Below are positions 1-9,704 of a stretch of DNA of 64,000 nt, piece after piece. This stretch comes from Lentisphaeria bacterium UBA1732 (lineage in GTDB: Bacteria; Verrucomicrobiota; Lentisphaeria; Victivallales; UBA1829), in contig DCIG01000049.1 of the NCBI GenBank assembly GCA_002315855.1, forward strand, positions 63,576 through 127,575, given 5' to 3'. The notes under the pieces are model-generated. The model saw nothing but the letters and a program-made list of their open reading frames with translations, made no database searches and was not told the origin of the DNA. Both the position numbers and the translations under genes were made by a program. Position 1 is the first letter of the stretch. The number at the start of each line of letters is the position of its first letter.

Positions 1-1612
1 CACGTCAGAACAGTCGAAGAATTAGCACTTTCATCTTTTTTCTTTTTATCCTTGTCTTCCGAGTTATTCTCATCTGAATTCGGGTTAAAAGACAAATCTT
101 TATTCTTCTTTTCACCGTCTTTTGCTTCTTCATCCGAGGCACGGGAAGAATCCTGTGCAGATGTAATTGCGGGGTTGACCTGAGAGGTAATAGCTACATC
201 GGTAAACCAAACATTGTCCGGCACGCATTTTCTAAAGACAGAGAAGAACGCAAGAGTATTATTACGTTTTTTCAAAAACTCCGTTGCCATCTCATAATTG
301 GAAACTGCGGTCGTTAATGCACTGTTGGCATCCTTCACGCGTTTTTCGATTATTTTCTTGCGTTCAACAAACGAAGAGAATGTTTCGCTCTTTTCGGTGA
401 TATTTGCGGCTTGTTGAGAATATGCCCAATAGGTAATTCCCAAATATGCTAAAATCACAATTGCGGTAATGTAGAAATAGATGCGTTTGGCACGGAACGC
501 GACCTGCTTCTTAACATGATCGGGAACGAGCGTAATTTCCACGGGAGAAGTTCCAATGCGGCGCAAAGCCAAACCAATTGTTTCCGGGAAAAGATGTGCG
601 ACCTGAGAAAGGACCTCCTGATCGACATTTTCACCAATTGCAACAACTTGGAATGCGTTGAAATATTCGACAGGGACATTCAGCTTTTCTTCAAAGAATT
701 TCTGTGCAAACGGTAAAATGGAGGTACCGCCGGCGAGGAAAAGTTTTTCCGGCTTGCGTCCTTTTTGCGTGGCACGATACAGATTGATGGAACGATTGAT
801 TTCGCTGTGCAGACGAGTCATCACGTTGCGCACAATTTTGGATACAGCCGCACCGATTTCAGAATCGGAATCTTCGTAAGCACCGCCCAGTGCCACATAG
901 CCGTGTTTTCGCTTCATTTCTTCTGCATCAGCATAAGAAATATTAAATTCCTTGGCAATCTGCTGTGTAATTGTATCACCGGCAATCGGAATTGAACGGA
1001 CAAAGAAACGAGTACCGTCGAGGAAAATCAGGGTAGAACAACGTCCGCCGATGTCAAGAAGAATCTGGCAGTCATTAGCCCCGATATTATTGGCACGTGC
1101 AGCATTGTAGCAGGATGTGCCAGCGACTTCGATTAAAGCAATTCTCTTATGAAGACGTTCGACCAGTTCCGAAATCCTGGAAACTATGTCTTTCTTCACA
1201 ATCACGATCATTGCATCGATTTCAGTGCTGTCTTCCCCTACCGAATCCATCAGCTGTGAATCCCACACTATCTCATCCGGGGAGAGCGGGATTCCCTGTT
1301 TCGCTTCGTAAGAAACGATTTCCTGAATTTTCGCCTTATCAGACGTCATTGCAGGAATTTTTACAAAACGAACAAACGCATTTTTTCCGGAAATCGAAAC
1401 GTAAACATCCGATGCGCTGAAATTATTGGTCGTAATGACGTCCGAAATTGCCTTCAGAATGACATCTTCTCCAAGTTCATCTGAAGAGTAGTCATATTCC
1501 GTATACGCAAATCGCTCCAGGACAAGCCCCTGCCCTGAAGTAAAGGAGAACTCGGCAGCTTTGATGCTGTCGCCACCAACGTCAATACAAAGAATCAGGT
1601 TTTTCTGTGCCA
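1..1612 (-). CDS. pilM: Type IV pilus assembly protein PilM fused to a PilN-like TM/coiled segment. It is partial: the 3' end runs off the left edge, and it is absent from the supplied ORF track because it has no in-window stop.
   Basis: Own reverse-strand translation from the ATG at 1612-1610 gives MAQKNLILCIDVGGDSIKAAEF...ILLDIGGRCSTLIFLDG...LFLAGGTSILP, which are actin/FtsA-like ATPase motifs typical of PilM. A TM helix (IYFYITAIVILAYLGITYWAY) and a K/D/E-rich tail follow. The frame is open to position 1. Confidence 0.75.
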
Positions 1613-1616
1613 TTGT

Positions 1617-2516
1617 TTATTTTCCTGTTGACTCTTTGAATGTCTCAAACCGATCATACTCAACCCATGCAAAAGGTGTTTTCGACACGGGCAGAAGCTG
1701 ATCCGGCATATACTTGAAAGTTTGTGGATTGAATTTCTGTTGTGAAATATATTTGAACAGCGCATTCGTCCCTTTCATGGACGGACGCGTTTCATCACCT
1801 TCCGGCTTCAACAAATTGTCGAAGACAGTAGATGATTTGCGGACAACATCCGGAATACTTGCTGTAGTAGCAGCAGAATGAACTCGTTTGTAGAAATCTC
1901 TTCCGCACACCTGTGCTCCGGCAACAGGAGTACCGCCATAATTTACAGTAACATAAATCGGGAGCTCATCAGCATATTTTTTCAGCTGAGAGGAAATCGA
2001 CTGATAATCGCTCTTCGTATCAATCGGGAACGTACCGAAAGCGAAGTTGCGATAGAGGACATCAGGAGTAATCATCATTCGCACATAATGAATGCCATTA
2101 TCTGCGGAAATTGAGTTCAGAGTACCTTCTCCGGAAAGTACGCCCCAGCCGATACGGCCCTGATCATCACATGCGGGAATAAAAGCATCCATCTTAATCT
2201 CGATATTATCGAGCCAGTTTGACCACTTGCGGGGAGAGCCTTGCTTCCACATGTTCGCACGGAAAGTCACATCAATCGCAATCCAATGTTTAGGATACTG
2301 CATCTCCTTTTCACGAGCCTTGTACATCTCCGGGGTCTCATTTTCAATTTTGAAATAAGGAGTCGGCAGAAGCGATGCGGAAATCTCAACATCACTGATT
2401 GCCCATGCCGCAGGTTTGGCATCTTTTTCTTTCGAGCTGGAGGCTTTCTGTTGTCCGAATGCCGCCAACGTGAGGGAAGCCAGCATTGCTGCGAGCCATA
2501 GTTTCGTGGATTTCAT
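1617..2516 (-). CDS. Secreted hypothetical protein directly upstream of pilM (4-nt gap).
   Basis: 299-aa ORF with an N-terminal signal peptide (MKSTKLWLAAMLASLTLAAFGQQ). It is tightly packed with pilM. I recognise no family. Confidence 0.55.
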   Translation of the reverse strand: MKSTKLWLAAMLASLTLAAFGQQKASSSKEKDAKPAAWAISDVEISASLLPTPYFKIENETPEMYKAREKEMQYPKHWIAIDVTFRANMWKQGSPRKWSNWLDNIEIKMDAFIPACDDQGRIGWGVLSGEGTLNSISADNGIHYVRMMITPDVLYRNFAFGTFPIDTKSDYQSISSQLKKYADELPIYVTVNYGGTPVAGAQVCGRDFYKRVHSAATTASIPDVVRKSSTVFDNLLKPEGDETRPSMKGTNALFKYISQQKFNPQTFKYMPDQLLPVSKTPFAWVEYDRFETFKESTGK

Positions 2517-2646
2517 ACGTTTGACCTCATCGTGTGTATCCGTTAATTTATGGTTAAAACTTTTGTTTTTACAGAAAAATACTTCCGGTTTCGTGTTTTT
2601 TCAAGCAAAATTATAAAAAACAAACCGGATTATATGTTTTCGCAGT

Positions 2647-3030
2647 TCACTTCTGTTCTGTTTTATCGGTTGCGGCGGGTACGGCGTTCTCGGTAACGAT
2701 TGTACCATTCTCAGTAACAATTGTTCCGTTTTCAGTAACGATTGATTCATCCTGCAGGACGACCGAATCCATAACTGCGCTTTCGTCTGTTTCCCTCATG
2801 TGTCCTGAAACGATTGCAGCAAGAAGCGTCAGCACAAAAAAGAGCGTAATGCAGATAACTGTGAGCTTGGAAAGATGCCCCAGAGCGTGAGCTCCGAAAA
2901 CGCTTTCTCCCAGTCCGCCGAATGCAGAACCGAAACCACCGCTCTTGGACGGCTGAACCAGAACAAGAGCGATCAGAAGCAGGGCGAGAATGACCACCAG
3001 GGTATTGATGATTGCGAGAAGAATGTTCAT
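2647..3030 (-). CDS. secG: Preprotein translocase subunit SecG with a repeat-containing C-terminal extension.
   Basis: Two TM helices flank the G-rich loop SKSGGFGSAFGGLGESVFG typical of SecG. The tail carries IVTENGT x3. Confidence 0.85.
   Translation of the reverse strand: MNILLAIINTLVVILALLLIALVLVQPSKSGGFGSAFGGLGESVFGAHALGHLSKLTVICITLFFVLTLLAAIVSGHMRETDESAVMDSVVLQDESIVTENGTIVTENGTIVTENAVPAATDKTEQK
2686..2748. repeat. Three tandem in-frame 21-bp repeats inside the secG 3' region.
   Basis: The units are gttctcggtaacgattgtacc / attctcagtaacaattgttcc / gttttcagtaacgattgattc. On the minus strand they encode (S/T)IVTEN(G/A)(T/V). Confidence 0.8.
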
Positions 3031-3244
3031 ATTGTATAACCTTCAGTTGTTGATTTCTTCGTTTTTCACCTTCATTGATTCCTGTTCACGGAATGGCACA
3101 AAGGTAGATAATTGCATAAAAGTTGCATAAAAATAGCACAATATCGGCATATTTTCAAGAGAAAAACCATTTTTATATGAAAAAAAACTGGTTTTCGCTC
3201 TTCTTTTCGTGTTTTTACGTCGTTATCCCGTTTTTTTATGCTCC

Positions 3245-4921
3245 TTATAAAACATTGTTCGTTTTCGGATCAATCATGCGGAAATCTTCTACATGGACTG
3301 CCGGGTCTGCGCGAAATTCCAGATTGTTTCCGTATTTCTGCTGCATTGCGTAGAGTATCTGCGCATCATCATTCTTCAGACGAGCCAATACGGCAGGATT
3401 CAGAATGACACGCACCACAGACGAGGCTTTTCTTGAATGTGTCCGCTGTTTCAACACCTCCAGCAGTCTTCTCTGAATTTCCACGCTCATGCTGATTGCT
3501 GATTTCACATGACCGGAGCCATTGCAATACGGGCAGGCATCAAAAAGCGAGTCTTTCACGCTTTCGCTTTCACGCTGGCGTGTCATTTCCATAAGGCCGA
3601 ACTTACTGATCGGAAGCAGTTTTGTTCTTGCGCGGTCCTGCGCTGAGAGTTTGTTCATTGCGCGATTGATCTGTTCACGATCCTGAGCGTATGCCATATC
3701 GATGAAATCAATCACCACCTGTCCGCCGATATTGCGCAGACGCAGCTGGCGGGCGATTTCAGTGGCCGCCTCAAGATTGGTATTCAGAATCAGCTGCCGT
3801 TGATTCACGCCCCCTTTTGATTTCCCCGTATTAATATCAATTGCTACGAGGGCCTCCGTCTCATCGATGCACAGATAACCTCCACTGGGCAAATTCACAA
3901 TTCTGTTATAGATTTCAGCGACCTGCGGAGTAACCTTGTACCGGTCAAATACAGGCTCAGCACGTTTATGACGCGTAATCACCGTCTTGAAATCATTTCC
4001 GACGAAACGATCCAGCGTTTCTTTCAGAAAATTGAATTTATCCAAATTGTCTACCACGATTTCGTCAATATCATCGGTCAGCAAATCGCGCACGGTGCGT
4101 TCCAGCAGACATGGTTCGGCATACACCAGCTTCGGTGCTTTCGGTTTCACCAGTGCCGATTCCACTTTTGCCCAAAGCTCCAGCAGCATTTGAATATCGC
4201 GCTGGAAAAATACGGCTTTCCGACCTTCCCCGACGGTACGGCATATCAATCCCATTCCATCGGGCAGATTCAGCCCCAGTAAAATTTTCCGCAGGCGGTC
4301 GCGTTCTTTTTTATCTTCAATGCGAGAAGAAAGCCCGATATGCTTGGAATACGGCAGCAGTACCAAATAACGTCCGGGAATCGTCAGGTTTGTCGTTACA
4401 CGTGCACCTTTGGTCCCAATCGGGCCTTTTGTAACCTGCACAAGGAGTTCAGACCCGCACGGAAATACGCGCGGAATATCTTCCAGTGTCAGTTTCCCGC
4501 AGTGAATGCGTTCTTCCATTTCTTTCAGGCGTTTGGCCTTGTCGCCGCCCGTCAGAAGCGTTTTGAATTTCTCACCAAGCACATTGATGAGACGTTTCTT
4601 CTTGACAGGAGAAACTCCATCCGCCTGTTCCAGCGCACTTTTTTCTTCATCAAATTTTTTGATGTTGTCCATGATGTCATACGAAGCGGGAAGCATGTCT
4701 TTGAAATGCATGAAAGCATTTTTCTCCGCCCCGATATCCACAAAGCACGCCTCAAGAGACGGTTCAATACGGACAATTTTGCCGAGATAAATTGATCCGG
4801 CAACGATTCCGTCCGAAGTGCGTTCGATCTGGTAATCCTCCAGTCTGCCGTCGACAAGCAGGGCGGAACGTGTTTCCAGCTCTTCGCAATTCAGAATGAT
4901 TTGTTTTTTTTCAGAAGCCAT
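3245..4921 (-). CDS. rng: Ribonuclease E/G family endoribonuclease (RNase G-like).
   Basis: 558 aa with an N-terminal S1-like region (GSIYLGKIVRIEPSLEACFVDIG) and the catalytic core motifs ALVAIDINTGK and GGQVVIDFIDM. Confidence 0.85.
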   Translation of the reverse strand: MASEKKQIILNCEELETRSALLVDGRLEDYQIERTSDGIVAGSIYLGKIVRIEPSLEACFVDIGAEKNAFMHFKDMLPASYDIMDNIKKFDEEKSALEQADGVSPVKKKRLINVLGEKFKTLLTGGDKAKRLKEMEERIHCGKLTLEDIPRVFPCGSELLVQVTKGPIGTKGARVTTNLTIPGRYLVLLPYSKHIGLSSRIEDKKERDRLRKILLGLNLPDGMGLICRTVGEGRKAVFFQRDIQMLLELWAKVESALVKPKAPKLVYAEPCLLERTVRDLLTDDIDEIVVDNLDKFNFLKETLDRFVGNDFKTVITRHKRAEPVFDRYKVTPQVAEIYNRIVNLPSGGYLCIDETEALVAIDINTGKSKGGVNQRQLILNTNLEAATEIARQLRLRNIGGQVVIDFIDMAYAQDREQINRAMNKLSAQDRARTKLLPISKFGLMEMTRQRESESVKDSLFDACPYCNGSGHVKSAISMSVEIQRRLLEVLKQRTHSRKASSVVRVILNPAVLARLKNDDAQILYAMQQKYGNNLEFRADPAVHVEDFRMIDPKTNNVL

Positions 4922-5105
4922 AAAATATGAAATTCTTTCCTTTTGTGATTGGAGACGCCCTATTCGTGTTCATCTGTTATCTCCGGCAAATGCACAAATT
5001 CATTTGGATCATTTCTGCGTATCCACAACAAATTTTCTGAAAAAGCTCCCTCACTTTTCAGAATGTGCACTTTCAAAAAGACAAACTGCAAATAAGACAT
5101 ACCTC

Positions 5106-6092
5106 CTATTGCCGGACGGGCTGTTCGCCATTCAGCAATACGTCGCCGACGGCAAGCGGGCTGCCATTCAAATAGTCAGCAACGGACATTTCTTTTTTTC
5201 CTTCGGGAATCACTTTTTTCAGAAGCAGCGTTCCTGATCCGCAGGCAATCATGATACAGTCTTTTGAGATTCCGGTAATCTCCCCCGGCTTTGCGGTTTG
5301 AACGCGTTCTTTTGTATACAATGCTGAAATCATCTTCAGCATTTTATTGCGTTCCGGAGTACCTACTCTGCATGTAACAGACGGCCATTTGTTATAGGCT
5401 CGGATTTTACGCTCAATCACTTCGGCATCATCCTTCCAGTTCACCAGTCCATCGGATTTTACGATTTTTGCCGCATACGATGTCCCTTCCGGCGATTGCG
5501 GATGCGCCACTGCCGTCCCCGCAGCCAGATTGAGAATACAGGCTTCAATCCGCTCTGCCGCAAGTTCTGCAAGCTGCTGTTCCAGCACATCAGCCGTTAC
5601 ATCGTCTGAAACAGACAAACGGTGAATCTCATAGACCGGACCGGTATCCAACCCTTTTTCCATCTTCATGAAGGCAACTCCTGTTTCTTTCTCCCCGTCG
5701 ACCAGGCAGGAAATAATCGGAGATGCTCCACGATATTTGGGAAGCAGCGATGCGTGAACATTCAAACAGCCCAAACGCGGTAAAACCAGAACCGGCTCTT
5801 TCAAGATTTGTCCGAAGGAAATCACCACGATAAGATCGGGGGCAGCTTCCCGCAAAAACTGCATGGTATCTTCCGTGTTGACTGATTTCACACGCATACA
5901 CGGAATGCCGTTTTCATCGGCAAAACGTCCAAGCGGAGTCGGTGTTAAAATACGCTTCCTCCCCGCTTCCTTATCCGGCTGGGTGATTACAGCACAAAGT
6001 ACAAAGCGGGAGCTTCCTGCCAGTGCTTTCAGGACAGGGACGGCTATCGCACCAGACCCCATAAATGCAATGCGCAATGGTGTTTCAGTCAT
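5106..6092 (-). CDS. fmt: Methionyl-tRNA formyltransferase.
   Basis: LRIAFMGSGAIAVPVLKAL..., the LNVHASLLPKYRGASPI motif, and a C-terminal Fmt domain. Confidence 0.9.
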   Translation of the reverse strand: MTETPLRIAFMGSGAIAVPVLKALAGSSRFVLCAVITQPDKEAGRKRILTPTPLGRFADENGIPCMRVKSVNTEDTMQFLREAAPDLIVVISFGQILKEPVLVLPRLGCLNVHASLLPKYRGASPIISCLVDGEKETGVAFMKMEKGLDTGPVYEIHRLSVSDDVTADVLEQQLAELAAERIEACILNLAAGTAVAHPQSPEGTSYAAKIVKSDGLVNWKDDAEVIERKIRAYNKWPSVTCRVGTPERNKMLKMISALYTKERVQTAKPGEITGISKDCIMIACGSGTLLLKKVIPEGKKEMSVADYLNGSPLAVGDVLLNGEQPVRQ

Positions 6093-6838
6093 GATTTCAA
6101 ATGATAAAGTGATGATCGGTATTTCGCACGAATGCCGGCATTTTCATTGACAGAACCGTTTTGAAAGATAACCTCTTCAGGAATACATTCAAACCTCTTT
6201 GCGTACCATGCTTTTCTCATTCACAAAGTCTGAATCACACTCTGAATCAAGAGGAAAACATACGCGGCATCGGTCCGAAGTTTCTTGCGGCTCAGGATGA
6301 AATATCCTGCATTCGTGTATTTTTCAGATAGAAATTTTTTCTGAATTCATCTTCAGAATCCAGGAAAAATCGTTCAAATAGAATAATTAATATAGCATCT
6401 GAAACATCTCTTTACAAGTCAAAGCTCCTTGATTCATTCATTTTACATGATTTTTCTCTCCTGACATGCAGTCAAAAATCCGGGATATGGAGTTTTTCGC
6501 CTGTGAAACAGCTTGAATCAGGACATGGTAACGGGTATTCCTGACAATCATTTGGGCGTTGCTGTCTCCGGGTAAGAACTTTTTTCTCGATTTCTGCCGT
6601 CATTCCGTAATTTCCATTCATTTTGGTTTGAAAAAAAAGAAAATGATGTTATTATATATATTGTATTGGAATATTTCTTTTTTGAGAGCAGATTTCAAGA
6701 GGCTTTGATGAAATACTTCATTCTGCCGGTTATGAAAATACTCTCGTAAAACAGATATGCTTCAAAAGTCGGTTCTTTCAACCCGATTTAAGGGGTACCT
6801 CTCGATTCACCTTCGGAAAATAAGGCACAGTTTGCTCC

Positions 6839-7972
6839 ATGGAAATCCTCCGTTTTGAAAACATCACGAAAAGGTATGGACAAAATACAGTTCTCGACCA
6901 TGTTTCTCTCTCCGTCAATGAGGGGGAAGTTTTTTCTCTTTTAGGTCCGAGCGGATGCGGGAAGACAACGCTTCTGCGAATTTGCGGAGGGTTCGAGCCG
7001 CCCGATGAAGGACGCGTCATTTTGGATGGGGTTGATATTACGGATATGCCGGCAAACCGGCGCGCGATTCGTACTGTTTTCCAAAACTATGCACTTTTCC
7101 CTCACATGAATGTATGGGACAATGTCGCATTCGGTCTGAAAGCCACGGGAATTTCTCAGAAAAAAATCGAAGAAGATGTCCCGAAATATCTTGATTTGGT
7201 TCAACTCACCGATTATGCCGCACGCAAACCCGGTCAGCTCAGCGGCGGTCAGCGTCAGCGCGTCGCCATTGCCCGTGCCCTGATTACGAAACCGAAAGTT
7301 CTTCTTCTTGACGAACCCCTTGCCGCTCTTGACCTCAAGCTCCGCCAGCGTATGCTGATTGAACTCGACACACTTCATGATGATGTCGGGATTACGTTCA
7401 TTTTCGTAACTCACGACCAGCAGGAAGCCATGAGTATCAGTGACCATATTGCTGTGCTTCGGAACGGAGAAATCGAACAAATCGGCACACCGCCGGAACT
7501 CTACGAAGCTCCCCGCACCAGTTTCGTCGCGGCATTCATTGGCGACACAAACTTTTTTGAAGGCAAAGTCTCTGCCATCAACGGAGATTATTGCAGCCTG
7601 AATATCGAAGATTTCCCCCCGCTCCGTCTTTTTAACGACAAGAAGGTCCCCGTCGGACGCAAAGTTCACATCAGCATTCGCCCTGAAAAATTCATGATTT
7701 CTCATGTCAAACCTGAAAAAACGGATGCAAATACAAACCTTCTGCAAGGGAAAGTGGAAGAGGTTATCTATCTTGGTTCTCATACCCGTTACTGGGTGCG
7801 TGTTCAGGCGTGGCGTATCTCCGTCATCAAACAGCATTGCGGATATGCTCTGGACGAACGAAGCATCAACTGGGGCGATGATGTCTGGCTCAAATTTGAA
7901 GCCGACAATGCCTATATGCTTGACCATTACGAAGAGAATGACGAGAATCTTCTCGCTCTTCCCGACCTTTGA
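6839..7972 (+). CDS. potA: Spermidine/putrescine ABC transporter ATP-binding protein.
   Basis: Walker A GPSGCGKTT, signature LSGGQRQRVAIARAL, Walker B LLLDEPL, and a PotA-type C-terminal TOBE-like domain. Confidence 0.9.
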   Translation: MEILRFENITKRYGQNTVLDHVSLSVNEGEVFSLLGPSGCGKTTLLRICGGFEPPDEGRVILDGVDITDMPANRRAIRTVFQNYALFPHMNVWDNVAFGLKATGISQKKIEEDVPKYLDLVQLTDYAARKPGQLSGGQRQRVAIARALITKPKVLLLDEPLAALDLKLRQRMLIELDTLHDDVGITFIFVTHDQQEAMSISDHIAVLRNGEIEQIGTPPELYEAPRTSFVAAFIGDTNFFEGKVSAINGDYCSLNIEDFPPLRLFNDKKVPVGRKVHISIRPEKFMISHVKPEKTDANTNLLQGKVEEVIYLGSHTRYWVRVQAWRISVIKQHCGYALDERSINWGDDVWLKFEADNAYMLDHYEENDENLLALPDL

Positions 7973-7995
7973 TGTTCAGCAGGGGGTAACGTCTC

Positions 7996-8868
7996 ATGAA
8001 AAAAAGCTCTTTCACCAATTTTTTTCTTGGCTTGCCGTCATTTGTTTGGCTGGTTGTTTTTTACGCATTCCCGATTCTGATTGTCCTGCTGCTTGCTTTC
8101 AGACCGCCTGATTCAAACGGCGGAATCGGCACAGGCTGGACGCTTCAGACGCTTCGCGAACTCAGGAATCCCAGCTATCCGGCCATTATCTGGCGTACTT
8201 TCTGGCAGGGGCTCGTTTCCACTGCGGTCTGTATTGCAGTTGCTGTCCCGATCAGCTACCAGCTTTCGCGCACCTCCAGCCAAAAGCTCCGCAATACCAT
8301 TCTCCTTTTGATTATTGTTCCCTTTTGGACGAACTTTCTGATTCGGATTTACGCATGGCGCATCTTTCTGCATCCGGAAGGTGCATTCAAACATCTTCTT
8401 GTTCTCATCGGTGTCATTCCTGAGTCCACCGGGCTTCTTTACAACCAGTGGGCAGTTCTCACGGTAATGATTTACACCTACATTCCATTTGCGGTTCTTC
8501 CCATCTACGCCATTTCCGAAAAATTCGATTTTTCCCTCATGGAAGCAGCAAAAGACTTGGGTGCAAGCTCATTTTATGCGTTCCGCAAAATCTATCTGCC
8601 CGGTATTTCAAAAGGAATATGGACGGCTGTCATGGTTGTCCTGATTCCTGCATTCGGAGCTTATCTGATTCCTGATCTCGTTGGCGGGTCCACCAGTGAA
8701 CTGATCGGTGATAAAATCGCCCAGCGCGTCTTTGTTGACCGCAATCTGCCTCATGCCAGTGCGCTTTCCGCCCTGCTGATGCTCGGCGTTTTTGTGCCGT
8801 TGATTTTAGTCTCATGCCTTCGCAAGTTCCAACTGAAAAACCAGAAAAAAGCGGAGTTCATGAAATGA
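7996..8868 (+). CDS. potB: Spermidine/putrescine ABC transporter permease.
   Basis: Multi-TM protein with the EAA-type motif (MEAAKDLGASSFYAFRKIYLP). It follows potA. Confidence 0.85.
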   Translation: MKKSSFTNFFLGLPSFVWLVVFYAFPILIVLLLAFRPPDSNGGIGTGWTLQTLRELRNPSYPAIIWRTFWQGLVSTAVCIAVAVPISYQLSRTSSQKLRNTILLLIIVPFWTNFLIRIYAWRIFLHPEGAFKHLLVLIGVIPESTGLLYNQWAVLTVMIYTYIPFAVLPIYAISEKFDFSLMEAAKDLGASSFYAFRKIYLPGISKGIWTAVMVVLIPAFGAYLIPDLVGGSTSELIGDKIAQRVFVDRNLPHASALSALLMLGVFVPLILVSCLRKFQLKNQKKAEFMK

Positions 8869-9704
8869 AAAAACGCTGCAACCGGCACAGCCGTCTTCCT
8901 GTTGCGATTACGCTTTTGACTCTGCTTTTTCTTTATCTTCCGCTTGTCATGGTCGCAATTGCCTCGTTCAATGCCAGCAAATACGGCGGCGTCTGGACAG
9001 GTTTTTCCCTGAAATGGTACAAAGCTCTTTTCAAAAGCCGTGAAATTTGGAATGCCCTCACCAATACCCTTTTCATTGCTTTTATTTCGACTTTTTTCTC
9101 CACGCTTCTTGGTACACTCAGTGCGTTGGCTCTTTACAGAAGCAAAAACCGCTTCAAAGCAATCTATCATGCTTTGATTTATACACCTTTGGTTGTCCCC
9201 GACATTCTGATGGGCATTAGTATGCTTCTTCTGTTTGTAACGACTTTCTCCGCGTGCGGCACATGGTTCCAATCCGTATTCGGCATTGAACTCGAACTCG
9301 GCATGACCACCATCATCATTGCACACATCACGTTCTGCATGAGCTATGTTGCCATGGTGGTTCTTGGACGTTTGCAGGAATTCGATCATTCTTTGGTGGA
9401 AGCCGCCTACGACCTCGGAGCCAGTGGATTGTATACATTCTTTCACGTTACACTGCCCGTTATTTTGCCCGGAGTCATAGCGGGAGCGCTGTTTGCCTTC
9501 ACGCTCTCGATTGATGATTTTGTCATCACGTTCTTCGTGAAAGGCGCAGGCGACACCACTCTGCCCATTTACATCCAGAGTACCATGCGTCACGGCTCTC
9601 CCGCCATACTCAATGCCTTATCGGTCATCTTCCTGATTTTGACTTTCATTTTGGTTTTCACTACTCAAAAACTTCTTTCAAACAAAACGGAGACACACAA
9701 ATGA
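8865..9704 (+). CDS. potC: Spermidine/putrescine ABC transporter permease.
   Basis: EAA motif (VEAAYDLGASGLYTFFHVTLP). I prefer the ATG at 8865 (MKKRCNRHSRLP...), which forms an ATGA overlap with the potB stop, over the track start at 8814. Confidence 0.85.
   Translation: MKKRCNRHSRLPVAITLLTLLFLYLPLVMVAIASFNASKYGGVWTGFSLKWYKALFKSREIWNALTNTLFIAFISTFFSTLLGTLSALALYRSKNRFKAIYHALIYTPLVVPDILMGISMLLLFVTTFSACGTWFQSVFGIELELGMTTIIIAHITFCMSYVAMVVLGRLQEFDHSLVEAAYDLGASGLYTFFHVTLPVILPGVIAGALFAFTLSIDDFVITFFVKGAGDTTLPIYIQSTMRHGSPAILNALSVIFLILTFILVFTTQKLLSNKTETHK

Noticed and set aside
22-28. A TTAGCAC CIRCE half-site.
   Set aside because: It lies inside the pilM/N coding sequence with no GAGTGCTAA partner. 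No CIRCE, HAIR or RpoH-type promoter was seen upstream of dnaK, groES, grpE or clpB.
3094-3115. A TGGCAC ... TTGCA pair upstream of secG/rng that looks sigma54-like.
   Set aside because: The spacing between TGGCAC and TTGC is 12 nt instead of 5. The element also points on the plus strand, towards no downstream plus-strand gene.
6822-6836. aaGGCACagtTTGCt immediately upstream of potA.
   Set aside because: The GG-to-GC spacing is 2 nt too short for a -24/-12 promoter. The element also ends 3 nt before the start codon, leaving no room for a leader or SD.
8814-8864. The ORF-track start for potC at 8814.
   Set aside because: The ATG at 8865 gives a typical N-terminus (MKKRCNRH..., then a TM) and an ATGA overlap with the potB stop. 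The extra 17 codons lie inside potB.
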